Positions 18,537 through 27,878 of a stretch of DNA of 64,000 nt are shown here, piece after piece; position 1 is the stretch's first letter; every line of letters begins with the position of its first letter. The stretch lies in NCBI GenBank assembly GCA_050633745.1, contig JBOEHD010000040.1, positions 1,435-65,434 on the forward strand. The letters run 5' to 3'. The notes beneath the pieces are model-generated. The model was not told the DNA's origin and ran no database searches. It saw only the letters and a program-made list of their open reading frames with translations. The translations under genes and the position numbers were made by a program. Source of the stretch: Acidimicrobiales bacterium (lineage in GTDB: Bacteria; Actinomycetota; Acidimicrobiia; Acidimicrobiales; SZUA-35).

Positions 18537-19730
18537 GTGAGCCAAATGACGGCTGACTCGCCAACTCCCCTGCCACTCGCCGACCTTGTTGTCATCGACC
18601 TGACAATTGCCAGGGCAGGGCCGACCGCGGTTCGCCAATTAGCCGACTGGGGTGCCGACGTGATCCGGATCGAGCCGCCGCTGGCATCGTCAACCGCAGG
18701 CAATCATCACTCGCCCGACTACCTGAACCTGCACCGCAACAAGCGCAGCTTGGCCCTGGATTTGAAACACCCGGAGGGCCGAGGTGTCCTGCATCGGCTG
18801 GTGACCCAGGCCGACGTGCTGGTCGAGAACATGCGAACACCGGTCAAACACCGTCTGGGTTTCGACTGGGACACCGTGTCGGCCATAAACCCCCGCCTGG
18901 TCATGGGATCGATATCCGGATTTGGCCAGACCGGGCCATACGCCGAACGCGGTGGTGTGGATCAGATCGCCCAGGGCATGGGCGGCATGATGAGCATCAC
19001 CGGTCTCCCCGATCAAGGACCGGTGCGAGCCGGGGTTGCGATCTCCGACGTCACCGCCGGGCTGCAACTGGCCATCGGCATCCTGGTTGCGCTGCACGAA
19101 CGAAACGCCACGGGAGTCGGCCGTTGGGTCCACACCTCGCTGCTTGAGTCAATGATCGGCATGCTGGACTTTCAGGCCGCCCGTTGGACCGTCGAACAAG
19201 ACCTGCCGCCGCAGGCTGGCAACGACCACCCAACTCTGGCCCCCATGGGCATGTACGAGACCGGCGATGGTTACATGAACATCGCCGCACCCTGGGGCCG
19301 GATCTGGAAGCGGTTCTGCGACGCCATCGAGCGACCGGACCTGCTGAGCGATGAACGCTTCGCGGCCCCCGCCAATCGCTCCAAAAACCGTGCGCTACTC
19401 AACGCCGAGATCAACGCCGCGCTGGCCTCTAAACCCACCGACGAGTGGGTACTGGTGATGAACGAGGTCGGCATCCCCGCCGGTCCGGTCAACAACATCG
19501 CCGAAACCTTCGCCGACCCACAGGTGGCGCACCTCGGTGTCGCGGTTCCGGTTGAACACCCCGCGGTCGGACCGATCGAGATCGTTCGGAACGCCACCAA
19601 CCTCGAGGGTGTATCGAATCAGGTCCGCAGCCCGAGCCCCGAGGCCGGGGAGCACTCCGAAGAGATCCTCGCCGACTTCGGGTTCTCCGCCGACGAGATC
19701 AGCCAACTGCAGGACAAGGGCGCGGTCTGA
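18537..19730 (+). CDS. Family III CoA-transferase (CaiB/BaiF/Frc family)
   Basis: Motifs LADLVVIDLTIARAGPTAVRQLADWGADVIRIEPP, ENMRTPVKHRLGFDW and DQIAQGMGGMMSITG match the family. The catalytic Asp context is present. Confidence 0.9.
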   Translation: MSQMTADSPTPLPLADLVVIDLTIARAGPTAVRQLADWGADVIRIEPPLASSTAGNHHSPDYLNLHRNKRSLALDLKHPEGRGVLHRLVTQADVLVENMRTPVKHRLGFDWDTVSAINPRLVMGSISGFGQTGPYAERGGVDQIAQGMGGMMSITGLPDQGPVRAGVAISDVTAGLQLAIGILVALHERNATGVGRWVHTSLLESMIGMLDFQAARWTVEQDLPPQAGNDHPTLAPMGMYETGDGYMNIAAPWGRIWKRFCDAIERPDLLSDERFAAPANRSKNRALLNAEINAALASKPTDEWVLVMNEVGIPAGPVNNIAETFADPQVAHLGVAVPVEHPAVGPIEIVRNATNLEGVSNQVRSPSPEAGEHSEEILADFGFSADEISQLQDKGAV

Positions 19731-20509
19731 TGGGGGCCGTCGATAACAACGGCACCAACATTCACTACGAAGTTTCTGGCTCTGGACCGCCGCTGATCCT
19801 GCAGCACGGTCGGCTCGGCAGCGGACAGTTCTGGGAAGAGTTCGGCTACGTTGCGGCGCTGCAAGATCAGCGGACGGTGATCACCGTTGATGCCCGGGGC
19901 CACGGTCGCAGCGACAAACCCCACGACCCCGACGCCTACCATCAAAAGGACATGGCGTCGGATGTGGTTCGGGTGCTGGACGACCTCGACATCGAGACCG
20001 CCGACTTCTTCGGGTACTCGATGGGCGGGCGGATCGGCTTCATGTGTTTGGCGTTCTTTGGCGAACGTTTCAACAGCCTGATCGCCGGCGGCGCTGGCCC
20101 ATACGGTCCGGCGGTCAGTCGGGAAGCGGAACTAGGGCTGGCCGACTCGCTCGCTGATGGCATGGCGACCTATCTGGACAACCTCGACCGGATGCTGAAC
20201 CGCACGCTCCCTGAGGCCGACCGGGCGGCGCTGATGGCCAACGACGCCGAGGCCCTCGCTGCGCTGGCCCGAGGAACGGCCGATTGGTCTGATGCGTCGC
20301 AGGAAGTCGCTGCGACTGCGGTGCCGATCCAGCTGTTCGGCGGCAGCGTCGATCCGATCTGGCCGCTGATCGAGCGAGCCAATGGTCAACTTCCTACCTC
20401 GGAGATCCACTGCTTCGATGGCCTCGGTCATGGTGAGGAGCTGCGTCAACCCAAATTGCTGTTACCGCTGGTTATCGACTTCCTCGCCAGGCACGGCCTG
20501 GAACGCTGA
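19730..20509 (+). CDS. Alpha/beta hydrolase fold protein
   Basis: PLILQHG (HG oxyanion motif), GYSMGG (GxSxG nucleophile elbow) and a C-terminal GLGHGEE (His) are present. The start overlaps the upstream stop (TGATG). Confidence 0.85.
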   Translation: MGAVDNNGTNIHYEVSGSGPPLILQHGRLGSGQFWEEFGYVAALQDQRTVITVDARGHGRSDKPHDPDAYHQKDMASDVVRVLDDLDIETADFFGYSMGGRIGFMCLAFFGERFNSLIAGGAGPYGPAVSREAELGLADSLADGMATYLDNLDRMLNRTLPEADRAALMANDAEALAALARGTADWSDASQEVAATAVPIQLFGGSVDPIWPLIERANGQLPTSEIHCFDGLGHGEELRQPKLLLPLVIDFLARHGLER

Positions 20510-22110
20510 TGGGCTCTGCGGCCGACAATCTAGCGCTCGCCCTGAAGCGTTGTGGATCCGACCTAGCGTTTGGGGTTCCAGGCGGCGGACCGAACCTCGA
20601 TGTGGTCGGAGCGCTGAACGACCACGGCATACGTTTCGTGCTGGCCCACAGTGAAACATCGTCGTGCATCATGGCATCTGTTTACGGCCTGCTGACCGGC
20701 CGCATTGCCGCCGCGGTGGTGACCCGCGGCCCCGGAGCGGCGGCCGCGGTAAACGGGGCAGCCCAGGCCACCCTCGACCGCCACCCCATGGTGCTGGTGA
20801 CCGACACCGTTCCTTCGGCCACCGCAGACCGGGTGCCGCATCAGCGCATCGCCCAGCGGGCCATGCTCGGTCCGGTCTGCAAGGCATCGACCTCCCTGGG
20901 GGCCGAGACCACCGTCGACCAGCTGACTGAACGCATCGACCTGGCGCTGGCCGAACCGCCCGGGACGGTGCATTTCGATTACGACACCACGGCCAGCGAG
21001 TCGACCAGCGACGAGCTGGCCTGCGAGGGTTTGCCGAACCACGCCGATGAAAGCGGCCTGATAGACACGGCCAAAGCGCTGTTGACCGACGCCGAGTATC
21101 CCGTCGTCATCCTCGGTCTCGGAGCCCCGACCGACCCCGATCGGGTCGAACGCCTGCGATCTGCGCTAGAGCGGCTCGGCGCGCCGGTGCTGACCACCTA
21201 CCAGGCGGTTGGTGTCATCGCCTCCGAAAACCACCAGGCAGCTGGCCTGTTTACCAACGGCGCATCAGAACGAAAGCTCCTTGAGCGGGCCGATCTCTTC
21301 GTGACGATCGGTCTCGACGTTGTCGAGCCCATCCCCGCAGCGTGGGACTATCAGGCACCGGTTCTGTCGCTGGTCACCAACCCAACCCTCGATCCGTATA
21401 TGCCGATCGATGTTGAACTGCTCGGCGATCCTGTCGACCTGGCCGAGCTCCTGCTGGTCGATCAAACCCGGTGGGAGCCCGATGTCGGCGCGATCCATCG
21501 TCAAACGGTGCGAAAGAGCCTGGCGAACGGCGGGCTCTTAGATACCGACGCCGACGCGCTCGGCCCGCTAGAAGTTGTCCGCATCGCAGCCGAAGCGGCG
21601 CCGGCCGACACCATCACCACCGTCGACGCTGGCGCCCATTTCCTGGCCATCATGCCGTTCTGGCCGGTTGCCGAACCCCAGCAGCTACTCATCTCCAACG
21701 GCCTCGCGACCATGGGGTACGCGGTCCCGGCGGCGATCGCCACGGGGCTGGCTCGGCCCGGCCGACCGGTGTTGTGTTTCGTTGGCGATGGCGGCCTCGG
21801 GATGACTCTGGCCGAACTGGAAACCATCGCCAGGCTGGAGCTGCCGGTGACCGTGGTGGTGTTCAACGACAGCGCCCTCAGCCTCATTCGAATCAAACAG
21901 CAATCCGGCCACGGCGGCTCAGACGCCGTGTCGTACCGATTCACCGACTTCGCAGCGATGGCGCCGGCCCTTGGCCTTGATGGCGTCGCGGTCAACACCC
22001 AGGATGAGTTGGCCGACGCCCTGCGCCACGGATGGGACCGCCCGCGGCTAATCGATGCCAGAATCGACCCCGAACCCTACGCTCACCTGATCAGCGTTAC
22101 CCGGGGCTAG
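20509..22110 (+). CDS. Thiamine diphosphate-dependent enzyme (acetolactate synthase/oxalyl-CoA decarboxylase superfamily)
   Basis: The N-terminal PYR domain (FGVPGGGPNLDVV...HSETSSCIMASVYG) and the C-terminal ThDP motif GDGGLGMTLAELETIARLELPVTVVVFNDSAL (GDG...N) are present. The start overlaps the upstream stop (TGATG). Confidence 0.9.
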   Translation: MGSAADNLALALKRCGSDLAFGVPGGGPNLDVVGALNDHGIRFVLAHSETSSCIMASVYGLLTGRIAAAVVTRGPGAAAAVNGAAQATLDRHPMVLVTDTVPSATADRVPHQRIAQRAMLGPVCKASTSLGAETTVDQLTERIDLALAEPPGTVHFDYDTTASESTSDELACEGLPNHADESGLIDTAKALLTDAEYPVVILGLGAPTDPDRVERLRSALERLGAPVLTTYQAVGVIASENHQAAGLFTNGASERKLLERADLFVTIGLDVVEPIPAAWDYQAPVLSLVTNPTLDPYMPIDVELLGDPVDLAELLLVDQTRWEPDVGAIHRQTVRKSLANGGLLDTDADALGPLEVVRIAAEAAPADTITTVDAGAHFLAIMPFWPVAEPQQLLISNGLATMGYAVPAAIATGLARPGRPVLCFVGDGGLGMTLAELETIARLELPVTVVVFNDSALSLIRIKQQSGHGGSDAVSYRFTDFAAMAPALGLDGVAVNTQDELADALRHGWDRPRLIDARIDPEPYAHLISVTRG

Positions 22111-22200
22111 CAACGCAACAACCTCAGATTGCCTCACCAGGTGAAGAGGACTAAAACCAGCCCGAAGCAGTAGTGCTACCCGGGCAGAATGGAGCAATAA

Positions 22201-22725
22201 ATGTCAGTGACAGTATCGAAGTTCATCGATGTCTCAGAGGGACTCAAACCCAACCAGTTCAGCGTTGGAGAGAAGCAGGAAATCACCTCGATCAGCGATC
22301 TCGACGAGACGTACAAGCAGCTAATGGACAAGCCATACGCCTGTGTGATGGCGGTCATGGGCAAGGACGGTCGGCCGAACCTGACACCGATGTGGTTCGA
22401 CTACGAGGGCGACAAGGTGCTGATCAACGTCGCCGCTCAGCGTCGCAAGACCGAGTGGATCAGGAACAATCCCGAGGTCTCGATCCTGATCATGAACCCC
22501 GAGAACATGTATCACTGGTTGAGCATCAAGGTCACCGTCGAGCGGGAAATCCTGGAGGATGACCCAGAAGAGGGCAGCTGGGTTACAGAACAGCTGAACC
22601 GCATTTGGCAGAAGTACATCGGAGAAGGCGACGAGTACGGTCTGCGCGATCCGGCGATCGAAGAACGCCGCGTGCTGTTCGAGTGCAAGGTCGACAGGAT
22701 CGCAACCTTCGGCCAACCAGGCTGA
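22201..22725 (+). CDS. PPOX class (pyridoxamine 5'-phosphate oxidase-like split-barrel) protein, possibly F420-dependent
   Basis: The sequence CVMAVMGKDGRPNLTPMWFDYEGDKVLINVAAQRRKTEWIRNNPEVSILIMNPEN is typical of the PPOX split beta-barrel. GGAG lies upstream of the ATG. Confidence 0.75.
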   Translation: MSVTVSKFIDVSEGLKPNQFSVGEKQEITSISDLDETYKQLMDKPYACVMAVMGKDGRPNLTPMWFDYEGDKVLINVAAQRRKTEWIRNNPEVSILIMNPENMYHWLSIKVTVEREILEDDPEEGSWVTEQLNRIWQKYIGEGDEYGLRDPAIEERRVLFECKVDRIATFGQPG

Positions 22726-22737
22726 TCCCAGACCTAG

Positions 22738-23919
22738 ATGCCAGCTTTCAAGATAGGGGTTGTCGGGGGATCGCTCGGCGGTCTGACCGCGGCGTGTCTG
22801 CTGCGCGATGCCGGGCATAACGTCACGATCTTCGAGCGTTCCTCCCGTCAGCTGGAAGAGCGGGGGGCCGGCATCGGCTTCCTACCTGCGACCTATCGCT
22901 ATCCGGTGGAGCGAGGAGAAATCGACCTCGATGCCATCAGTATCGAGACCGATCACATCCGGTATCTGAACCGAGACGGCTCGGTTGAGCTCGATCAGCA
23001 GCACCGGTATCTGTTCAGCTCGTGGAACACCGTCTATCGATCGTTGCTCGGCTGTTTCGACCAGGATCGTTACCTGCTGGGCCACGAGCTGGTCGACTTC
23101 GCTCAGACCCCAGACCAGGTGACGGCCCGGTTCTCCAACGGCGAGACGTTCGATGGCGACCTTTTGGTGGCGGCCGACGGCATCGGCTCGATGGTGAGAG
23201 CCCGGCTGCAGCCCGATTCCGTCACCCGGTATGCCGGCTATGTCGCTTGGCGGGGCATGGTCGCCGAGTCGGCGGTCGACCCCGAGGTGGTGAAGCGTCT
23301 CGGCGACGCGGTGACCTACTGCGTCTACGCCAACAGCCACATCCTCGTCTATCCCATTCCCAGCGTGTCCGGATCGGTCGAGGCCGGTCAACGACTGTTG
23401 AACTTCGTGTGGTATCGCAACTACGCCGAGGGTGGCGACCTGAACGATCTGTTGACCGACAGAGCTGGCCTGACCAGAGAGCTTTCCGTACCACCGGGAG
23501 CGGTGGCCGACCATCATGTGGCCGAGCTGCGGGCGACCGCGGCGGCCAGACTGCCGTGGCAGATCGAAGCGGTTGTTGCCGCTACCGAAGAGCCGTTCCT
23601 CCAGACCATCTACGACATCGAAGTTGAGCGCATGGCATTCGACCGCATCTGCCTGGTCGGCGACTCCGGGTTCGCCATCCGTCCCCACGCCGCGGCGGGC
23701 ACCGCAAAAGCCGCCGACGATGCCTGGCAGCTGGTCGAAGCGCTAGACGCCCACCCAGGAGTTACCGAGGCCCTGGCCGCCTGGGAGCCATCCCAGCTAG
23801 CCCTTGGCCGCAACCTAACAGAACGAACCAGGCGGGTCGGTCGCCGTAGCCAGGTCGAAAACAACTGGCAGCCAGGAGACCCTGAGAACATATTCGGCCT
23901 CCACCGGCCAGGAGACTGA
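22738..23919 (+). CDS. FAD-dependent monooxygenase (group A flavoprotein hydroxylase-like)
   Basis: KIGVVGGSLGGLTAACLLRDAGHNVTIFER is a GxGxxG Rossmann motif. The DG motif (LLVAADGIGSMVR) and a GD motif (LVGDSGFAIRPHAAAGTAKA) are also present. Confidence 0.85.
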   Translation: MPAFKIGVVGGSLGGLTAACLLRDAGHNVTIFERSSRQLEERGAGIGFLPATYRYPVERGEIDLDAISIETDHIRYLNRDGSVELDQQHRYLFSSWNTVYRSLLGCFDQDRYLLGHELVDFAQTPDQVTARFSNGETFDGDLLVAADGIGSMVRARLQPDSVTRYAGYVAWRGMVAESAVDPEVVKRLGDAVTYCVYANSHILVYPIPSVSGSVEAGQRLLNFVWYRNYAEGGDLNDLLTDRAGLTRELSVPPGAVADHHVAELRATAAARLPWQIEAVVAATEEPFLQTIYDIEVERMAFDRICLVGDSGFAIRPHAAAGTAKAADDAWQLVEALDAHPGVTEALAAWEPSQLALGRNLTERTRRVGRRSQVENNWQPGDPENIFGLHRPGD

Positions 23920-23927
23920 AGCCGACA

Positions 23928-25061
23928 ATGGCATCGAAACCAACGCCCGCCGAAACCCGAGCCGCAGCGATGATCGACGCCGCAGGTGCACTCATCGCTG
24001 GGCTCTCGCCGGACCAACGAGAGCGCGCCACCTGGCCTTTCCCAGCCGATGACGAGCGCACCCAGTGGTTCTACACTCCGACCGATCACGGTGGGCTCGC
24101 CCTCAGCGAAATGGATTCGGTCCAACACCGTCTGGTTCATCAACTGTTGGCCTCCGCCCTTTCGGATGCCGGTTACGCCACCGCGGCCATCATCCTGGGC
24201 CAAGAAAACATCCTCGACCACCTTGAGGGGTTCACTGTCGATTTCGGTCGTCAACGGGGTCGCGATCCAATGCTGTACTGGATCGCCATCTTCGGTCAGC
24301 CAGCCATGGACGGAGCCTGGAGCTGGAGATTCGGTGGCCATCATCTCTCGCTTCACTTCACGATGATCGACGGTCGAGTGCAGTCGACTACGCCGTGCTT
24401 CATGGGGGCCGACCCGGCTAGTACTCCCCTACTCGGGCCCCATCTGCACCGACCGCTCGGTGGCGCCGAAGACCTGGGGCGAGAGCTGGCCCGGTCGCTC
24501 AACGGCTCACAGGCCACCAAGGCGCTGGTTTCCCCGGCGCCACCGGTTGACATCGTCGGATCGAACCGGGCGAGATTGACCGAAGGAGATCTACCACTGC
24601 CGCTGCCGGAAATTTGGCGAGGAACGTTCGAGGGTGACATCGATCGGGTGCTCCGAGAGATGGACCGGACCACCGCAGATGGGCTGGGTCTTGAGCAACA
24701 CAATCTGGAAGCGGTGCGATTCTCAACGTCGCCGAAAGGGCTGCAAGCCAGTGCGCTCCTACCGGAACAGCAGGAGATCCTTCGGGCGCTTCTCGCCACC
24801 TATGTCGGCCGGATCCACGATGATCTCGCCGACCAGCAGCTATCGAAGTTCGCCGGCGACGGGCTGAACGAGTTGCACTTCCTGTGGGCCGGCGGGCTAG
24901 AGGTCGGCGACCCTCACTACTACCGAGTCCAGGGCTCCGAGCTCGTGGTGGAGTACGACAACGCCCAGCGTCGAGGTAACCATGTGCACACGGTGTGGCG
25001 CGACCTAAGTAACGACTTCGGAGCCGACCCGTTGGCTCAGCATTACGCCGAGAGCCACTAG
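23928..25061 (+). CDS. DUF3500 domain-containing protein
   Basis: The segments WSWRFGGHHLSLHFT and HYYRVQGSELVVEYDNAQRRGNHVHTVWRD match my recollection of conserved DUF3500 blocks. Confidence 0.7.
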   Translation: MASKPTPAETRAAAMIDAAGALIAGLSPDQRERATWPFPADDERTQWFYTPTDHGGLALSEMDSVQHRLVHQLLASALSDAGYATAAIILGQENILDHLEGFTVDFGRQRGRDPMLYWIAIFGQPAMDGAWSWRFGGHHLSLHFTMIDGRVQSTTPCFMGADPASTPLLGPHLHRPLGGAEDLGRELARSLNGSQATKALVSPAPPVDIVGSNRARLTEGDLPLPLPEIWRGTFEGDIDRVLREMDRTTADGLGLEQHNLEAVRFSTSPKGLQASALLPEQQEILRALLATYVGRIHDDLADQQLSKFAGDGLNELHFLWAGGLEVGDPHYYRVQGSELVVEYDNAQRRGNHVHTVWRDLSNDFGADPLAQHYAESH

Positions 25062-25065
25062 ACCT

Positions 25066-25812
25066 CTAGCTTCGGGTGCTGTTGGAGCGAGCGCTACAGA
25101 ACAAACAGGTCGTCGCACCGACGGGCATGGTCTCGCCGCAGGTTGGGCAAATCGATTCCGGTTCGGGAAGCTCCGGTTCGACGTCCGGCTGGGCCTGCGC
25201 CGCGATCATCTCTTCGACTCTTACCGACAATTGATCGAGTGATAGGCCAGCCTCGTCCGACAACAGCTGCCACATCGCCTCGCAGATGACGCTCAGCCGT
25301 TCGACACGCTCTTCAAGCTCCCCCACCCGCTGGACCACTTTTTCGGTTGACCGGTCGTCGGTGGCGGAGTCGGCAGCCAGATCTTCATGATCGTTATCCG
25401 AGCTCTGGCCGGATCTGTTGCCGGACCGATTGTCGGATCCTCTGTTGGATGGCACCTGCTCCGGTGGTCCGTTTTCGGGCTTTAGCCCGTTGACGATGAT
25501 GCGTTCTCTCGGAGCGCCACCCTTGCCGCCTCGGCCCTGTGCAACCGGCCGCGGACCTCGCTTGGAACCCTTCCCCTGGCCCGATCCGTTCTGGGTCAGC
25601 AACCCCGGTGGTGTCTTCTTCGATCGTTCTCTATTTGGCTTGGAACCGTTTGTTTCTGTGGTTTTCAACCGGGTCTCGCTAGGTCGTTGCGGCTTGGACT
25701 CGGCGACATCGTCTTGCTCTTCGCCGTCTGCTGGCCCGTCATCCAAAATCTCGTCCACCGCAACGGCCGGCTCGCGGCGGCCACGGTAGGGGAATCGGAA
25801 AACGGAACTCAC
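25066..25812 (-). CDS. Hypothetical protein: disordered basic/Gly-rich N-terminal half, coiled-coil segment, C-terminal zinc ribbon
   Basis: The C-terminus is CPTCGETMPVGATTCLFCSA (CxxC-x11-CxxC). The first roughly 150 aa are low-complexity (KGSKRGPRPVAQGRGGKGGAPRE). Confidence 0.55.
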   Translation of the reverse strand: MSSVFRFPYRGRREPAVAVDEILDDGPADGEEQDDVAESKPQRPSETRLKTTETNGSKPNRERSKKTPPGLLTQNGSGQGKGSKRGPRPVAQGRGGKGGAPRERIIVNGLKPENGPPEQVPSNRGSDNRSGNRSGQSSDNDHEDLAADSATDDRSTEKVVQRVGELEERVERLSVICEAMWQLLSDEAGLSLDQLSVRVEEMIAAQAQPDVEPELPEPESICPTCGETMPVGATTCLFCSARSNSTRS

Positions 25813-25910
25813 CCCATGAACATCGGCTCGATTTTGCCCGGTCTGAAGTATGAGCCGGTCGGTAGTCGTCAGAGCTGACGCAAACCGCTAGCGGGGCCGC
25901 GCATACCCGC

Positions 25911-26807
25911 TTAGGAAGCGCCTCCAAGCGCATCGGCGATCACCGCAGGAATCTGCCACGGCACATCGACCACGGTCACACCAGCTTCGGTCAGTGCCGC
26001 CTTCTTCGAAGCGTAGGTTCCGGTGTCGCCGTCGACGATGGCACCGGCGTGGCCCATGCGCTTGCCCGGAGGCGATGCGGAGCCTGCCAGGAATGAAACA
26101 ACCGGCTTTGAGGAGCCGGCGATGACCTCGGCCGCGTCCTCTTCCTTACGGCCTCCGATTTCGCCGATCAGCACGATCGCTTCGGTCGCCGGGTCTTCGT
26201 CCAGGGCTCGAAACGCTTCCGCGGTAGTAGTGCCAGAGACCGGGTCGCCACCGATACCTAGAAATGCCGATTGGCCGATGCCCAGCCTGGTCAGTTCGAC
26301 TGCGGTGAGTGTGCCGAGCGACCCACTGCGAGAAAGCACCCCAACGTTGCCGGGGGTGAAGATTCGTTTGTCGAACGCGGGCATGAATCCGACAAAGGCC
26401 TCACCGGGGGTTACCACTCCGGCGGTGTTTGGTCCGATGATCCTGGTGCCCGCCTCGTTGGCGGCGGCGATCATGGCCATGGTGTCGTGAACCGGGATGA
26501 ACTCGGTGAGCACAACGACAAGCTTGGCTCCTGCGGCGATGGCGTCCTCGGTGGCCGCTCGCGCCCCGGCAGGGGGGATGAATAGCACCGTGACGTCGAC
26601 GCCGCTCTGGCCGTTTTCGCCAAGCTGGTTCGCTGCTTCAACCACCGACTCGAAGACGGGAACGCCAAGATGCTCGGTGCCTGCCTTCTTCGGGTTGACA
26701 CCGCCGACGATGTTGGTGCCGTATGCCTGCATCTTCTCGGTCCAGAAGGTGCCCTGCTTGCCGGTGATTCCCTGAACCAGTACTCGATCTCCAGAACGTA
26801 CGATCAT
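25911..26807 (-). CDS. sucD: Succinyl-CoA ligase (ADP-forming) alpha subunit family protein
   Basis: Motifs VLVQGITGKQGTFWTEKMQAYGTNIVGGVNPKKAG, SRSGSLG and the phosphohistidine loop MGHAGAIV are present. The start overlaps the beta-subunit stop (ATGA). It may be a paralogue acting on another acid, given its neighbours. Confidence 0.9.
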   Translation of the reverse strand: MIVRSGDRVLVQGITGKQGTFWTEKMQAYGTNIVGGVNPKKAGTEHLGVPVFESVVEAANQLGENGQSGVDVTVLFIPPAGARAATEDAIAAGAKLVVVLTEFIPVHDTMAMIAAANEAGTRIIGPNTAGVVTPGEAFVGFMPAFDKRIFTPGNVGVLSRSGSLGTLTAVELTRLGIGQSAFLGIGGDPVSGTTTAEAFRALDEDPATEAIVLIGEIGGRKEEDAAEVIAGSSKPVVSFLAGSASPPGKRMGHAGAIVDGDTGTYASKKAALTEAGVTVVDVPWQIPAVIADALGGAS

Positions 26808-27871
26808 GACGCTTCTCCGTTCCGAGAGTTGGCAGCGGTAACGGCGGCGGTGACCGCCGATTCCATAGTCTCGTGGGGTTCGTAGCCGATCGCCCGAACC
26901 ATCTCCTGGGCTTCGTCCTGACCGGTGCCGCTGATCATAAAGTTGATGGGCAGATCGGGAGCCAGTGCGGTCCAGGCTTCAATCACGCCGGCGGTCATAA
27001 CGTCGCAGCGAGCGAACGCTCCGCAGAAGTTGACCAACAGGCTCTTGACCCCGGGCTGGGACAGCACCAGTTCAAGAGCCGGGGTGGCTTTTGTGTAAGC
27101 GTCGCCACCGATTTCGAGGAAGTTCGCTGGTGTTCCGCCTGCATAAACGATGGCGTCCATCGTGGCCATGGTCAGCCCGGCGCCGTTGGCCAACACCGCG
27201 ATGTCGCCCCCCAGCTCGATCAGCCGCAGCCCCAGCTCGGCCGCTGCCTGTTCCCGTTCGCTGCCGGTAGCGGCATCTTCGGGGTGGGTTTGACGGAAGG
27301 CCGCCGAGTCGTCGAGCTCGATCTTGGCGTCGAGGGCGATCAGATCACCGGCAGCGGTGACCGCCAGCGGGTTGATCTCCACCAGCAGCGCATCGAGATC
27401 GCCAAAGGCCGCAAGAAGCGCGGCGGTGAATTCATCGGGTGCCGCATAGTCGCTGGCGGGAATGACCGTACGTTCTATGCCCTCGGTCATCGACTCGATC
27501 TCGACGCCACCCTCGTCGGATCGCATCAGTAGGGGCCGGCCGGCAGACGGGTCGATCATGATCGACAGGTAACGTTCGGCGGCGATGTCGACAGCCTGCT
27601 CGATGAGCAACTCTTCGACCGTTTCGTCGCTGAGTACCGAGCCGAGAATACGCTCGGCCGCCGCCGCTGCGGCATCGTGATCATCGACGACCACAACGCC
27701 TCCGGCCTTGCCTCGTCCGCCGGAGCGGACCTGTGCTTTGACCGCTACCCGGCCGCCGAGCTCCAAAGCCGCTGCTCTGGCTTCTTCGACGGTCGAAACG
27801 AGCCGACCGGCAGGCACGGGAATGCCCCGCTCAGCCAGCAGGGTTTTTGCTTGATATTCGGTGAGTTTCAC
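26804..27871 (-). CDS. sucC: Succinyl-CoA ligase beta subunit family protein (ATP-grasp)
   Basis: The sequence VKLTEYQAKTLLAERGIPVP...VAVKAQVRSGGRGKAGGVVVV matches the SucC N-terminus. GTG 27871 is chosen because it lies 8 nt after the upstream stop. The longer ORF to 27943 overlaps the ALDH gene. Confidence 0.9.
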   Translation of the reverse strand: MKLTEYQAKTLLAERGIPVPAGRLVSTVEEARAAALELGGRVAVKAQVRSGGRGKAGGVVVVDDHDAAAAAAERILGSVLSDETVEELLIEQAVDIAAERYLSIMIDPSAGRPLLMRSDEGGVEIESMTEGIERTVIPASDYAAPDEFTAALLAAFGDLDALLVEINPLAVTAAGDLIALDAKIELDDSAAFRQTHPEDAATGSEREQAAAELGLRLIELGGDIAVLANGAGLTMATMDAIVYAGGTPANFLEIGGDAYTKATPALELVLSQPGVKSLLVNFCGAFARCDVMTAGVIEAWTALAPDLPINFMISGTGQDEAQEMVRAIGYEPHETMESAVTAAVTAANSRNGEAS

Positions 27872-27878
27872 GGTCTGA

